Made by a program: the position numbers and the translations under genes
Notes under the pieces: model-generated
Databases searched by the model: none
Told to the model about the DNA's origin: nothing
What the model saw: the letters and a program-made list of their open reading frames with translations, nothing else
Shown here: positions 43,838-53,985 of the stretch, in pieces
Layout: every line of letters starts with the position of its first letter
Numbering within the stretch: position 1 is the stretch's first letter
Assembly (NCBI GenBank): GCA_018656005.1
Contig: JABHZW010000034.1
Coordinates: forward strand, 2,495-66,494
Reading direction: 5' to 3'
Length of the DNA: 64,000 nucleotides
Origin: Candidatus Pseudelusimicrobium marinum
GTDB taxonomy: Bacteria > Elusimicrobiota > Elusimicrobia > Elusimicrobiales > Elusimicrobiaceae

Positions 43838-44632
43838 ATGCAGTATAATCAAGATAAAAGAGATGCGATGAAAGTTAATTTGGATATTTTTGAAGGTCCT
43901 ATGGATCTTCTGCTCCATTTAATTAAAAAAGACAATATAGACATCTACGACATAAATATTTCGGACATCACAAAGCAATATCTTGAATATCTTCAAATGC
44001 TTAAAGATTTAAATTTGGATGTAGCTGGCGAATTTTTGGTAATGGCAAGTAGTCTTATGCAAGTAAAAGCAAAAATGCTTTTGCCATCTTATCAAACCGA
44101 ATTTGGCGACGAAGGACCAGATCCTGCAAAAGAACTTATAGAAAGAATTTTGGAATATCAAAAATTTAAATCGGCATCCGAACACTTGCGAAAAAAGTTT
44201 GAAGTTAATAAAGATAAATTTTATAAAACAGCATTATCTATCGAGGAGCGGGACAAAGTTTTAAATATAGAAACTTTTGAACTTTTCGATGCTCTTAAAA
44301 GAGCTTTAGACAGAGCCAAAGACAAAAATACAGAACAAGAAATAACAGTAGAAGCAGAGCAGTTTCGCATAGAAGATAAAATGGATAAAATTGTAAATAT
44401 TTTCGCCAATAAAGAATGGGTTTTGGTGGACGATATATTTGGTGGCGAAACAAAAACTCAGGGTGTGATAAGCTGTTTCTTAGCACTTTTGGAACTTATT
44501 AAAATAAGAAAACTTTTAGCCAATCAAGATAATGAAGATAAAGAAATACGAATTTATTTAAGACCAGAAAATAAAAATATAGACCATCGGTCTTTATTAA
44601 ACCTAAATAATGAGGGAGAGGAAAATGAATAA
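43838..44632 (+). CDS. scpA: segregation and condensation protein A
   Basis: FEGPMDLLLHLIKKDNIDIYDINISDIT. It lies upstream of scpB. Confidence 0.88.
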   Translation: MQYNQDKRDAMKVNLDIFEGPMDLLLHLIKKDNIDIYDINISDITKQYLEYLQMLKDLNLDVAGEFLVMASSLMQVKAKMLLPSYQTEFGDEGPDPAKELIERILEYQKFKSASEHLRKKFEVNKDKFYKTALSIEERDKVLNIETFELFDALKRALDRAKDKNTEQEITVEAEQFRIEDKMDKIVNIFANKEWVLVDDIFGGETKTQGVISCFLALLELIKIRKLLANQDNEDKEIRIYLRPENKNIDHRSLLNLNNEGEENE

Positions 44633-45350
44633 TCAAGAAAACAAAACTCCAGAAAAAAAACATATAGTAGAAACATTACTTTTTATTACAAACAAACCAA
44701 TAGCTCTAACCAAATTGGTGGAATGTGCAGAACTTATAGATAAAGACGAAGCAAGACAAATAATTGCAGAACTTAAAACTCAATATGAGCATAGTGCCAT
44801 ACAAATAAATGAAGTTGCGGGTGGTTATCAGCTAAGCACAAAGCCAGAATTTGGTAGATGGGTAAGGAAATTATTTGCAGAAAAAATGGTTATGAAATTA
44901 TCGCCAGCAGCACTCGAAAGTTTGGCAATTATCGCCTATAAACAACCTATCACTAAAGCAGAGGTGGAAAGTATTCGTGGTGTGGATAGTGGCGCTCCAT
45001 TAGAAAGATTATTGGAAAAAGAACTTGTAAAAATTGCAGGTAGAAAAGATACCGTGGGTAAACCACTTTTATATGCAACAACAGAAGAATTTTTAAGATT
45101 ATTTGGTATTAATAGGGTTAACGATTTGCCAGACATCGCATCTTTTGCATCTAAAGAACAAGAAAACGGGCAGGATTTACCTTTTATTAAAGAACCAGAT
45201 GAAGATACAGAAACAATAGAAGAACCCGATGTGCCAAAAGAAGACGAAGTTGTAGAACAGGTAGAACCACAACCAGAACCAGAATTGCAACCAGAACCAC
45301 AACCGCAATTACAAGAAGAGGTTCAACAGCAAGAAGTTGAAAGGGAATAA
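44625..45350 (+). CDS. scpB: segregation and condensation protein B (acidic PQPE-repeat tail)
   Basis: Motifs IVETLLFITNKPI and LAIIAYKQPITKAEVESIRGV. ATG 44625 follows GAGGGAGAGG. Confidence 0.88.
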   Translation: MNNQENKTPEKKHIVETLLFITNKPIALTKLVECAELIDKDEARQIIAELKTQYEHSAIQINEVAGGYQLSTKPEFGRWVRKLFAEKMVMKLSPAALESLAIIAYKQPITKAEVESIRGVDSGAPLERLLEKELVKIAGRKDTVGKPLLYATTEEFLRLFGINRVNDLPDIASFASKEQENGQDLPFIKEPDEDTETIEEPDVPKEDEVVEQVEPQPEPELQPEPQPQLQEEVQQQEVERE

Positions 45351-45356
45351 TTTTCT

Positions 45357-45417
45357 GTCATCCTGAACTTGTTTCAGGATCTTATAGTAAGATTGCGGAC
45401 CAAGCCCGCAATGACAA
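45357..45417. repeat. convergent doublet of family A hairpin repeats
   Basis: Forward unit GTCATCCTGAACTTGTTTCAGGATC (45357-45381) and inverted unit AGATTGCGGACCAAGCCCGCAATGACAA (45390-45417). Confidence 0.9.
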
Positions 45418-45442
45418 ATTTTAAAGTATTAGGAGAAAAGGA

Positions 45443-46870
45443 ATGAATATTGCGTTTGCTTCAAGTGAGGCATTTCCATTTTGTAAAACCGGCGGATTAG
45501 CAGACGCTGTTGGTGCATTATCGCAGGAAATTGCAAGAAAAGAAAACAATAGAGTAGTTTTATTTTTGCCTCATTATAGAAATATATCCAATGCAAACTC
45601 TTTAAAAGCTATCAAGGGTAGTTTTGTTGTGCCTATCGAAGACAGACTAGAAAGTGTATCACTTTCCTTTGTGAACTGGGGTAGTGTTATTGTGTTTTTT
45701 GTAAAAAATGCAAAATATTTTGATAGAGAAGGCTTCTATAACCAAAATAATAAAGATTTTGAAGATAACGACGAAAGATTCATCTTTTTTAACAGAGCAG
45801 TGCTAGAAAGTTTAAAGTATATCGGTTTCAAACCACATATTATCCATTGTAATGATTGGCAAACAGCATTAATACCTGCATATCTAAAAACCACATACAA
45901 AACAGATGCTTTTTTTGCTAGAAGTAAAACTTTATTAACGGTTCATAACCTTGCATATCAAGGGCATTATAGTTATAAAAGTTTTATCAAAAGTGGTTTA
46001 GGTGAAAAACATTACACAACTAGCGGATTAGAATTTTATGGTGGTATGAATTTCTTAAAAGGTGGACTAGTTTATGCAGATAAAGTTAATACCGTTAGTC
46101 CAACATATGCAAAAGAAACTTTAAAAAGTAATGAAACCGCACATGGTCTAAAAGATGTTCTAAAACATAGAGGTAAAGATTATAGTGGCATAATCAATGG
46201 CATAGACTTTGAAGTGTGGGATCCTGCGATGGATTCTTATCTTCCTGTCGGCTACGACGATGAAAACTATAAAAAAGGTAAAAATATTTGTAAAAATTTC
46301 TTAAGAAAAGAAGTTGGTTTATCAGAAAGTAAAACACTTCCACTTGTAGGAATAGTGTCCCGTATTACATATCAAAAAGGCTTAGACTTGGCAGTACATG
46401 CAATAGAGCAACTTAAAGATAAAGCACAATTTGTAATTTTGGGCAGTGGCGAAAAAGCCACTCAACAAAAATTTAAAGAACTTGCAGATGAGTATGAAAA
46501 TATAGCTGTTGTTCAAAAATTAGACGAACCTATGGCGCATAAAATTTATGCAGGTAGCGATATATTTTTAATGCCATCTCGTTTTGAACCTTGCGGACTT
46601 TCACAAATGATAGCAATGCGTTATGGTAGCGTGCCTGTGGTTTCAAAAGTTGGCGGTTTGGCAGATACTATTAACAAAAAAAATGGTTTCTTTGTTGATA
46701 GTGTAGATAAAGAAGGAATTTTAAAAACTTTAAGAGAAGTTGTCGTCACTTACGGCGATAAAGACAAGTGGGATAAATTGGTTGTTAATTGTATGCAGGG
46801 CGATTTTTCTTGGGATAAATCTTCCAGCGATTATCAGAAATTGTACGATGAACTAATTTCAAAAAAATAA
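45443..46870 (+). CDS. glgA: glycogen synthase (ADP-glucose type)
   Basis: Motifs SEAFPFCKTGGLADAVGAL, HCNDWQTAL and PSRFEPCGLSQM. Confidence 0.92.
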   Translation: MNIAFASSEAFPFCKTGGLADAVGALSQEIARKENNRVVLFLPHYRNISNANSLKAIKGSFVVPIEDRLESVSLSFVNWGSVIVFFVKNAKYFDREGFYNQNNKDFEDNDERFIFFNRAVLESLKYIGFKPHIIHCNDWQTALIPAYLKTTYKTDAFFARSKTLLTVHNLAYQGHYSYKSFIKSGLGEKHYTTSGLEFYGGMNFLKGGLVYADKVNTVSPTYAKETLKSNETAHGLKDVLKHRGKDYSGIINGIDFEVWDPAMDSYLPVGYDDENYKKGKNICKNFLRKEVGLSESKTLPLVGIVSRITYQKGLDLAVHAIEQLKDKAQFVILGSGEKATQQKFKELADEYENIAVVQKLDEPMAHKIYAGSDIFLMPSRFEPCGLSQMIAMRYGSVPVVSKVGGLADTINKKNGFFVDSVDKEGILKTLREVVVTYGDKDKWDKLVVNCMQGDFSWDKSSSDYQKLYDELISKK

Positions 46871-46890
46871 AATAAGAAGAGGGCAAACTT

Positions 46891-48369
46891 ATGTTAAACA
46901 AAATAAAAACACTAAAAAAACCATTGATAATAATTTTGGTTTTAGCAACATTATTTGTTGTAGGTAAAAATATATTTTCACCAAAACATTCTGCTAATAA
47001 AGAAGCAGAAACAAAACATTTTTCAGAGCCAGTGGCAAAGAATGTAATTCTTTATATCGGCGATGGTATGGGTCCAGAAGCTATGGGTCTATTAATGCAA
47101 TATGCAAGATATGCACAAAATTCAAAATACATAGAAAAACAAAGTGTGTTAGAAAAATTTATGAACGATTCTGCTCAAGGTTTAGTTTTAAACAACATCC
47201 ATAATGGCATAGTTACAGATTCTGCAGCCGCAATAACACAAATGACTAGTGGCGAAATATCCTCTGCTGGTTATATAGGTATGAATTATAAAAAACAACC
47301 AGTAAAAACAGTATTAGTAAAAGCTAAAGAAAATGGTAAAGCTGTTGGTATCGTCTGCGATAGCGAACTTATAGATGCTACCCCATCTGGTTTGGTAGCT
47401 CATAATTTAAACAGATACGATAAAGATAATATCGCTGAAGATATGATAAATTCGAATGTAGATGTGATGTTATCTGGTGGGTTAGCGTATTTTATATCTA
47501 AAAAACAGAAAGGTTCAAAACGAACCGATAATAAAGATTTGGTAGCCTTAGCACATAAGAAAGGTTACGATATTGTGTATGATAAAAAAGGTTTAAGAAA
47601 TTCCCGTTCTGGTAAAATTTTAGGTTTATTTTCGAATAAATATATGCCTTATGCAATAGATAAATATGAAAGAGAAAATTTGTATGTGCCAGATTTATCT
47701 TCAATGGCATTAAAAGCATTAAGGGTGCTATCAAAAAAAGAAGATGGCTTTTTCTTGATGGTAGAAGCAGCTAAATTAGATTGGGCTTTACATATGCAAG
47801 ACGCAGGCGCAACAATGCATGAAATGTTAGCTTTCGACGAAACACTAGCCTTCTTATATAAATATGCATACAACCACCCAGACACACTTTTAATAGTAAC
47901 AGCAGATCACGATACTGGCGGTTTTGGGTTTGAATATAATAAAGATAAAAGTGAAAAACAAGTAATTGCAATAGATGGTAGTAAAGCAAAAATGGGTTAT
48001 AAAAACTTTGCAAGTTACGAAAATTTAGACAGATTGTACGGGCAGAAAACTTTATGGCAAAACTTTCAAAAAGAATTTGAAAGTTTTCCAAAAGATCAGC
48101 AAAATTTATCTAACTTTACAGCACTTTTCAATAATATGTTTGCAATGTTTTTGGATAAACAAGAACTCAAACAAATTTTTGAAACAAGAGATTATAAAGC
48201 AGCAAAAACTCTTTTAGATGCTAAAAGAAATGTGGTTTGGGCAACTAACAATCATATATCCACACCGGTTAATGTGATAGCTTATGGTGCTGGTAGTGAA
48301 TACTTTAAGGGAGTTTATCATAATACGGAAATTGCTACTAAAATTTCTGTAATTTTAGGTTTAGAATAG
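46891..48369 (+). CDS. alkaline phosphatase (PhoA family), secreted or membrane-anchored
   Basis: N-terminal hydrophobic anchor, then IGDGMG, the active-site DSAAA and TADHDTGG. Confidence 0.85.
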   Translation: MLNKIKTLKKPLIIILVLATLFVVGKNIFSPKHSANKEAETKHFSEPVAKNVILYIGDGMGPEAMGLLMQYARYAQNSKYIEKQSVLEKFMNDSAQGLVLNNIHNGIVTDSAAAITQMTSGEISSAGYIGMNYKKQPVKTVLVKAKENGKAVGIVCDSELIDATPSGLVAHNLNRYDKDNIAEDMINSNVDVMLSGGLAYFISKKQKGSKRTDNKDLVALAHKKGYDIVYDKKGLRNSRSGKILGLFSNKYMPYAIDKYERENLYVPDLSSMALKALRVLSKKEDGFFLMVEAAKLDWALHMQDAGATMHEMLAFDETLAFLYKYAYNHPDTLLIVTADHDTGGFGFEYNKDKSEKQVIAIDGSKAKMGYKNFASYENLDRLYGQKTLWQNFQKEFESFPKDQQNLSNFTALFNNMFAMFLDKQELKQIFETRDYKAAKTLLDAKRNVVWATNNHISTPVNVIAYGAGSEYFKGVYHNTEIATKISVILGLE

Positions 48370-48379
48370 GAGAAATTTT

Positions 48380-49159
48380 ATGAAAAAAGATTTTTTTAAA
48401 GAAAAATTAGCATACATCATAATGCATGGTTATAGAAGGATATTTCTTATATCGTTAATGATAGTTTTTAGTATGCAAATGATAGTTTTTCTGCAAGATA
48501 AATTAACTTTGCTACATGAAAATATGTATGAAGATTTTAGGATAATTACCGTCGTAGAGCAAGGTTCTTCAGATCAGGCGGTAGAAGATCTTTTTACAAG
48601 TTTAAACGAACAAAAATCTATATACGAAGCAGAATATGTTAGCTTGGAAAATGTTATAGAAGAGTTTGAAACTTTGAACCCTCAAATATCCAAAGATGTA
48701 CTAAAAATAGAAGAAAATATTTTTGAAGGTTACTTTGAAATTACACCAAAGAAATCAACTTTTACAAATATGGTTTCTTGGGTAAAAAACAATGTGGAAA
48801 AGCACGAAATTGTAGAAAAAGTTTATTATAATCTAGCTCAAGTAGATATGATGAATAATATTAACGGCTTTTCTAAATTTTTAAATTTTGCAATTTGGTT
48901 TATAGTAATTTTAGCTGGCTTGTTTTTCTTTTTTGTAGAAACTTCTAAACAATTTAAACAAGAATTTACAAGTTATAGAGGTTTTGTATCTGGTGCATTA
49001 GCAGGGCTTTTTGGGCTTGCGATATTGTTTATATTCTTTTTTCCAGTAAAAGCGTTAAACCCAGAATTTTGGACATTTTTACCAGTATACAAACAACTTT
49101 TACTTGTTTTATTTGGCGGTTTTATAGGGTGGGTTTTATATAGATGGCAAGAACGATAA
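48380..49159 (+). CDS. ftsX: FtsX-like permease
   Basis: TM1, a periplasmic alpha/beta domain and three C-terminal TM helices. It is followed by M23/EnvC-like and S41 genes (classical synteny), but no ftsE lies upstream. Confidence 0.6.
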   Translation: MKKDFFKEKLAYIIMHGYRRIFLISLMIVFSMQMIVFLQDKLTLLHENMYEDFRIITVVEQGSSDQAVEDLFTSLNEQKSIYEAEYVSLENVIEEFETLNPQISKDVLKIEENIFEGYFEITPKKSTFTNMVSWVKNNVEKHEIVEKVYYNLAQVDMMNNINGFSKFLNFAIWFIVILAGLFFFFVETSKQFKQEFTSYRGFVSGALAGLFGLAILFIFFFPVKALNPEFWTFLPVYKQLLLVLFGGFIGWVLYRWQER

Positions 49160-50304
49160 AACTTTTTTTAGCAGTACTATTTTTATTTTCTTGTACTTGT
49201 TTTTTGCAAGCACAAAGTAGTGCTGAACGCAAAAAACAACAAGAGCTTAAAAATATTGAAAATAGGCAACAGGAAACCCGTCGTCAGTTTGAAAAGTATA
49301 AAAAAGAAAAGGATGAAATTTCTAAGGAAATATCAAGTGTAAAGAAAAAGAAACAACGAACACAAAATTTATCAAAAAAAGTTGATAGGGATAAAATTAC
49401 AACTCAAAAAAATCTAAAAACAACAAGAAGGCAGAGGGTAATTTTGGATATTAGTAAACAAATTTTAAGCAAATCTTACACAGAAGTTATGGAAGATTAT
49501 TATTTTAATCAAAAAATAAAAGGCAAAAGTTATACAAGTAAAAATTTAGGTGCTAAAATATTTTGGGAATATGAAATTAAAGCAGAAGGTCACTTTTTAA
49601 ACGCATTATATAAGGAAGACGAAACTGCAGAAAAAAATATTAATACATATATAAGTAAAACCAAAAGTTTAGATAAAAAGAAAAAAGAACTTAAACGCAC
49701 AACTCAAACTTTAGAAAAAACTTATAGTAAAAAAGTATCAGATTTGAAAGTTACAACATCAAAGTACAATCAAGCCAAACAAGAGCTTAATAGATTGGAA
49801 GCATCTGCAAAGGAAATGCAAAGAATTTTAAGCAAACTAGAAACTCAGCGGACCGGTAAAAAGTCTACTAAACAAAAAGTGCCACCGCCGATTTCATCAT
49901 ATAGTCTACCATGGCCTATTAGTGGTAGGGTTATAAGCAAGTTTGGTAAGGAATATAATAAACAGCTTCAAACTTGGATATATAGAGATGGTATAAAAAT
50001 AGAATCCAAATCTGCTCAGGTGATTAAAGCAGTTGCAAGTGGTAGCATTATATATGCAGGACAGTTTAGAAGCTATGGTAATGTTGTCATAGTGGAACAT
50101 GGTAAAGGGTTTTTTACAATTTACGGGTTTTTGAGCAGGTTGATTGTGAAGAAAGGACAAAATGTTGTCACAGGTACAAATTTGGGTTATACTGGTAAAG
50201 ATACGCAAGGTAATACAATGGGAAGTGGCAAAAGAGCTTTATATTTTGAAATACGGTTTGGAGTAGATGCCCAAGATCCACTTAGATGGTTGCGAATTAA
50301 ATAG
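49144..50304 (+). CDS. M23/LytM-domain protein with long coiled coil (EnvC-like murein hydrolase activator)
   Basis: Signal peptide, a K/E/Q-rich coiled coil and a C-terminal LytM domain (GIKIES..., GNVVIVEHGKGFFTIYG). Confidence 0.82.
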   Translation: MARTIKLFLAVLFLFSCTCFLQAQSSAERKKQQELKNIENRQQETRRQFEKYKKEKDEISKEISSVKKKKQRTQNLSKKVDRDKITTQKNLKTTRRQRVILDISKQILSKSYTEVMEDYYFNQKIKGKSYTSKNLGAKIFWEYEIKAEGHFLNALYKEDETAEKNINTYISKTKSLDKKKKELKRTTQTLEKTYSKKVSDLKVTTSKYNQAKQELNRLEASAKEMQRILSKLETQRTGKKSTKQKVPPPISSYSLPWPISGRVISKFGKEYNKQLQTWIYRDGIKIESKSAQVIKAVASGSIIYAGQFRSYGNVVIVEHGKGFFTIYGFLSRLIVKKGQNVVTGTNLGYTGKDTQGNTMGSGKRALYFEIRFGVDAQDPLRWLRIK

Positions 50305-50348
50305 CGATTTTGCACGTGCAAAATCGCAACAACAAACGAGGAGAAAAA

Positions 50349-51638
50349 ATGAAGAAAAGAATAATTTATATAAGTGCAGTTTTAGTAATTGCATTATTTG
50401 TGGGATTTATGTTTCCAAAAGCATATTCTGCTATGGACAACACTTACAGCAAGCTAAAAGTTTTAATGGAAGTTTTGAGTTTAACACAAGAAAACTATGT
50501 CGACGAAGTTGATACAGAAGAACTTATCTACGGTGCAGCAAGAGGCATAGTGCAAGAGTTAGATCCGTATTCCGAATTTATGGACCCTGAACGATTTGCA
50601 GAAATGAAAGAAGACTCTAAAGGTGAGTTTACTGGTATAGGTGTACGATTATCTCCAGCAAGTGGCGAACTTGCTATTATAACACCAATTCCTGGCACAC
50701 CTGCATACAAAGCTGGCATTAAACCGGGCGATAAAATTATAAAAGTAAACGGCAAGCCAACGATAGATATGACTATAGATGAATCCATCAAAAACATTCG
50801 TGGTAAAGCCGGCACAACGGTGTTGCTTACGATTGGCAGAAAAGATTCAGAAACAGGCGAATGGAAAATTTTAGAAGAACCTATAAAAATTAAACGAGCA
50901 AAAATTATCCCAGAAGTTGTGAAATACAGAATGTTGGACGATAAAATAGGGTATATATATGTAATGGACTTTTCTGGTCATACGGTAGAGAAGGTAGAAA
51001 AAGCATTAAAGTCTATGAAAAAAGATGGTATGGAAAGTGTCATTTTAGATTTTAGGTTCAATCCAGGCGGTTTATTAACTGGTGCTGTGGATATTTGTCG
51101 AATGTTTTTAAAAGAAGATTTAAAAATAGTCTACACAAAAGGTAGAGTGGCAAATAGTTATTTGGAATACAAAAGTGTGAAAGATGCTCCGTATAAAGAT
51201 TTGCCTTTGGTTGTTTTGGTAAACGAGATGTCTGCAAGTGCAAGTGAAATTGTAGCAGGTGCTTTAAAGGATAATAAAAGAGCCGTGTTAATTGGCGAAA
51301 GAACTTTTGGTAAAGCAAGTGTTCAAACAATAATTCCGTTGTCAGACGAGTCTGCACTTCGTTTAACAATAGCAAAATATTACACACCAAGCGGTGTTTC
51401 TATACATAGGGATTTAAGATCTGATAAACCAGAAGATAGAGGGGGAATACAACCTGATATCGAGGTAAAAGTAGGGTTTGAAGATGAAATTAAATTGTTA
51501 AGACAATTTAATGATATTTATTATCCAAGTAAAAAGCAAAAGAAAAGTGCTGTTGAAGAAAAAGATCAAATTGAAGATGTAATTTTAACAAGAGCGCAAG
51601 AAATTTTAAAAGCAAAGGATAGTCTAAAAAATTTATAA
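50349..51638 (+). CDS. S41-family carboxy-terminal processing protease
   Basis: PDZ domain (GIGV..., PAYKAGIKPGDKIIKVNG) and catalytic region NEMSASASEIVAGALKD...GERTFGKASVQ. ATG 50349 follows GAGGAGA. Confidence 0.9.
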   Translation: MKKRIIYISAVLVIALFVGFMFPKAYSAMDNTYSKLKVLMEVLSLTQENYVDEVDTEELIYGAARGIVQELDPYSEFMDPERFAEMKEDSKGEFTGIGVRLSPASGELAIITPIPGTPAYKAGIKPGDKIIKVNGKPTIDMTIDESIKNIRGKAGTTVLLTIGRKDSETGEWKILEEPIKIKRAKIIPEVVKYRMLDDKIGYIYVMDFSGHTVEKVEKALKSMKKDGMESVILDFRFNPGGLLTGAVDICRMFLKEDLKIVYTKGRVANSYLEYKSVKDAPYKDLPLVVLVNEMSASASEIVAGALKDNKRAVLIGERTFGKASVQTIIPLSDESALRLTIAKYYTPSGVSIHRDLRSDKPEDRGGIQPDIEVKVGFEDEIKLLRQFNDIYYPSKKQKKSAVEEKDQIEDVILTRAQEILKAKDSLKNL

Positions 51639-51647
51639 AACACACAA

Positions 51648-51690
51648 CTCCCTCTCCCTACATGAGGGGAGAGGGTTGGGGAGAGGGTGA
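51648..51690. repeat. family B-related purine/pyrimidine hairpin
   Basis: CTCCCTCTCCC-TACATGAG-GGGAGAGGG followed by TTGGGGAGAGGGTGA. Confidence 0.75.
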
Positions 51691-51729
51691 AAGTTTCCTT
51701 TAATTATAAAATAAGGTTGTATTTATAAA

Positions 51730-52764
51730 ATGAAAAAAGATTTTTATACACTTGGAATAGAAACCACCTGCGATGAGACTTCTGCCTCCGTTTTAAAAAA
51801 TGGAACAGAACTTGTTAGCAATGTAGTTTATTCTCAAACAGATATACACAAAAAGTTTAAGGGTGTCGTGCCAGAACTTGCAAGTAGAGCGCATTCTATG
51901 AAAATGGCTAGCGTTGTTAAACAGGCAATTTCAAAGCTTGGTACAAAACCTAAAATAGATGTCGTTGCATTTGCATCAGGTCCCGGTTTGCCAGGTGCTT
52001 TGCTAGTTGGCAGAGTGGGTGCAGAACTTTTATCAAGAATGTATAATGCCAAACTTATCGGCGTTAATCACCTTGAAGGACACCTCTTAGCATGCGATTT
52101 TAAAGAAGGTACAGCAAAAACACAGTTAACCTTTCCGTTGATAGGTTTAATAGTTTCTGGCGGACATACAGAGCTTTGGATAGGCAAAAACTACGGCGAT
52201 TATAAACTTATAGGTAGAACTCGTGACGATGCAGTAGGCGAAGCATTTGATAAAGTTGCAAAACTTTTAGATCTTGGTTATCCTGGTGGTCCAAAAGTTT
52301 CGCAGTTGGCACAAAAATTTAGAAGTAGTGGAAAAGAATGTAAAATAAAATTCCCACGACCATATATGCGTGGCACTTTTGAATTTAGTTTTAGTGGTGT
52401 CAAAACTGCTGTAAGTTATTTTTTAAGGGATAATAAAAAATTTAATAAAGACGAAGTCTGCTATGCTTTTGAAGAAGCTGTGGTGGATACTTTAATATAT
52501 AAGGTATTAGAAGCTGTAAAATATTATAAAATAAAAGCTATCGCCGTTGGTGGTGGAGTATCTGCAAATAAGTGGTTAAGAAAACGGTTAGGCGAAGAAT
52601 GCGATAAACGAAAAATAAAATTATATTTTTCAGAACCTATGTATTGTTCAGACAATGCCGCGATGATAGCACTCGCAGGTTATAAAAAATTTAAAAAGTT
52701 GGGTAAGAAAAATTTCAATATAGAAATAAATCCCAATATGATAATAGATAGTTGGAGGGACTAA
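51730..52764 (+). CDS. tsaD: tRNA N6-adenosine threonylcarbamoyltransferase
   Basis: Motifs LGIETTCDETS, NHLEGH, VSGGHT and GGGVSAN. Confidence 0.93.
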   Translation: MKKDFYTLGIETTCDETSASVLKNGTELVSNVVYSQTDIHKKFKGVVPELASRAHSMKMASVVKQAISKLGTKPKIDVVAFASGPGLPGALLVGRVGAELLSRMYNAKLIGVNHLEGHLLACDFKEGTAKTQLTFPLIGLIVSGGHTELWIGKNYGDYKLIGRTRDDAVGEAFDKVAKLLDLGYPGGPKVSQLAQKFRSSGKECKIKFPRPYMRGTFEFSFSGVKTAVSYFLRDNKKFNKDEVCYAFEEAVVDTLIYKVLEAVKYYKIKAIAVGGGVSANKWLRKRLGEECDKRKIKLYFSEPMYCSDNAAMIALAGYKKFKKLGKKNFNIEINPNMIIDSWRD

Positions 52765-53972
52765 TGAATTTTTGGGTTTTGTTAGATTCTGGTACAAACA
52801 CAATAAAAAACTTTGAAAAGCTTTTATGCAAATTCAAAAGTGAAAATCCAACTATTCCTGTAAACCTAAAAGTTTTAACAAGACAAGATATGTGGAAAAG
52901 TATTTATACTTTTAAAAGATATCTAAAACCACAAGATGCACCAGATGTTATAGAAATACCTCATTATTGGACAACTTTATTATCGCAATCCGAAATAATA
53001 GAAAATTTATCCTCGTTAGACCCTAAAATTTCAGTAAAATCTTTTTTACCACAAGTTCAAGCACATTGTTATAAAAGTGGTACAAAAAACATATATTCTT
53101 TGCCTTGGTGGATGGATGTTTTAGCAATTCACTATCGGGTAGATCACCTAAAAGCAGTTTGTAAAAATCCACAAAAAGAACTTGAAACTTGGAACGGACT
53201 TTTTGCAGTTTGTGAAAAATTAAAAACTAAATTTAAAGCCGTAGAAGCTTATTATCCTATCCAAAATGCAGATTGGAGGGGCTCTATTTCCATAAGAAGT
53301 ATTTTCCCATGTTTATGGAGCAAAGGGGTAGGTTTATTTAACGAAAATTTTACAAAAAGTATGGTGGGAAATAAAAAATTCAAAGAAATAATTTCAAGTT
53401 ATTTAAAACTTGCAACTAATAAAAATATTCCTGTTTTAAAAGAAAGAGGAAGCCTTGGAAATATGATGCTTGGCAAAGCAAGTATGATATTAACCCGTCG
53501 TCATGGACTGGATATGTTTGAATCTACAAAACAAAAATTTAAAGTTGAAACCACAAAATTTCCAATGACTGGAAATAAAGAAGTTAACTATTTGTCGGGG
53601 ATAAATTTGGCAATAGCAAGTGGTGGTAAAAATAAAAAACATGCTTTGATATTTTTAAAATGGTTAGCTAAACCAGGAAATCAGAAAGAATATGCAAAAT
53701 CAATTGAAGCATTTCCAACTTCAACAACGGCATTTAATAATTTGATAAAAGCATCGCCAACACGGTTTCATATATATAAGGAAATAGTAAAAAATTCTAA
53801 AGTTTTACCAAACATTTTGGTGTGCGGTACGGCTGTAGAAATTTTAAATAAAGTTTTAGCACTTAATGTGCGAGATATTGCAAGAGGTAAATATAAAGAA
53901 AAGAATTTGTTTGATATGTTGGACAAATCTTGCCAAGAAATAAATTATTTACTTTCTTTGTATAAGAAATAG
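52764..53972 (+). CDS. periplasmic-binding-protein-fold (ABC family-1 SBP-like) protein without signal peptide
   Basis: ORF 52752..53972. ATG 52764 overlaps the tsaD TAA (TAATG) behind GGAGGGA. The sequence begins directly MNFWVLLDSG.. with no hydrophobic leader or lipobox. The SBP-like assignment is by pattern only. Confidence 0.55.
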   Translation: MNFWVLLDSGTNTIKNFEKLLCKFKSENPTIPVNLKVLTRQDMWKSIYTFKRYLKPQDAPDVIEIPHYWTTLLSQSEIIENLSSLDPKISVKSFLPQVQAHCYKSGTKNIYSLPWWMDVLAIHYRVDHLKAVCKNPQKELETWNGLFAVCEKLKTKFKAVEAYYPIQNADWRGSISIRSIFPCLWSKGVGLFNENFTKSMVGNKKFKEIISSYLKLATNKNIPVLKERGSLGNMMLGKASMILTRRHGLDMFESTKQKFKVETTKFPMTGNKEVNYLSGINLAIASGGKNKKHALIFLKWLAKPGNQKEYAKSIEAFPTSTTAFNNLIKASPTRFHIYKEIVKNSKVLPNILVCGTAVEILNKVLALNVRDIARGKYKEKNLFDMLDKSCQEINYLLSLYKK

Positions 53973-53985
53973 GAACAAAAAATTT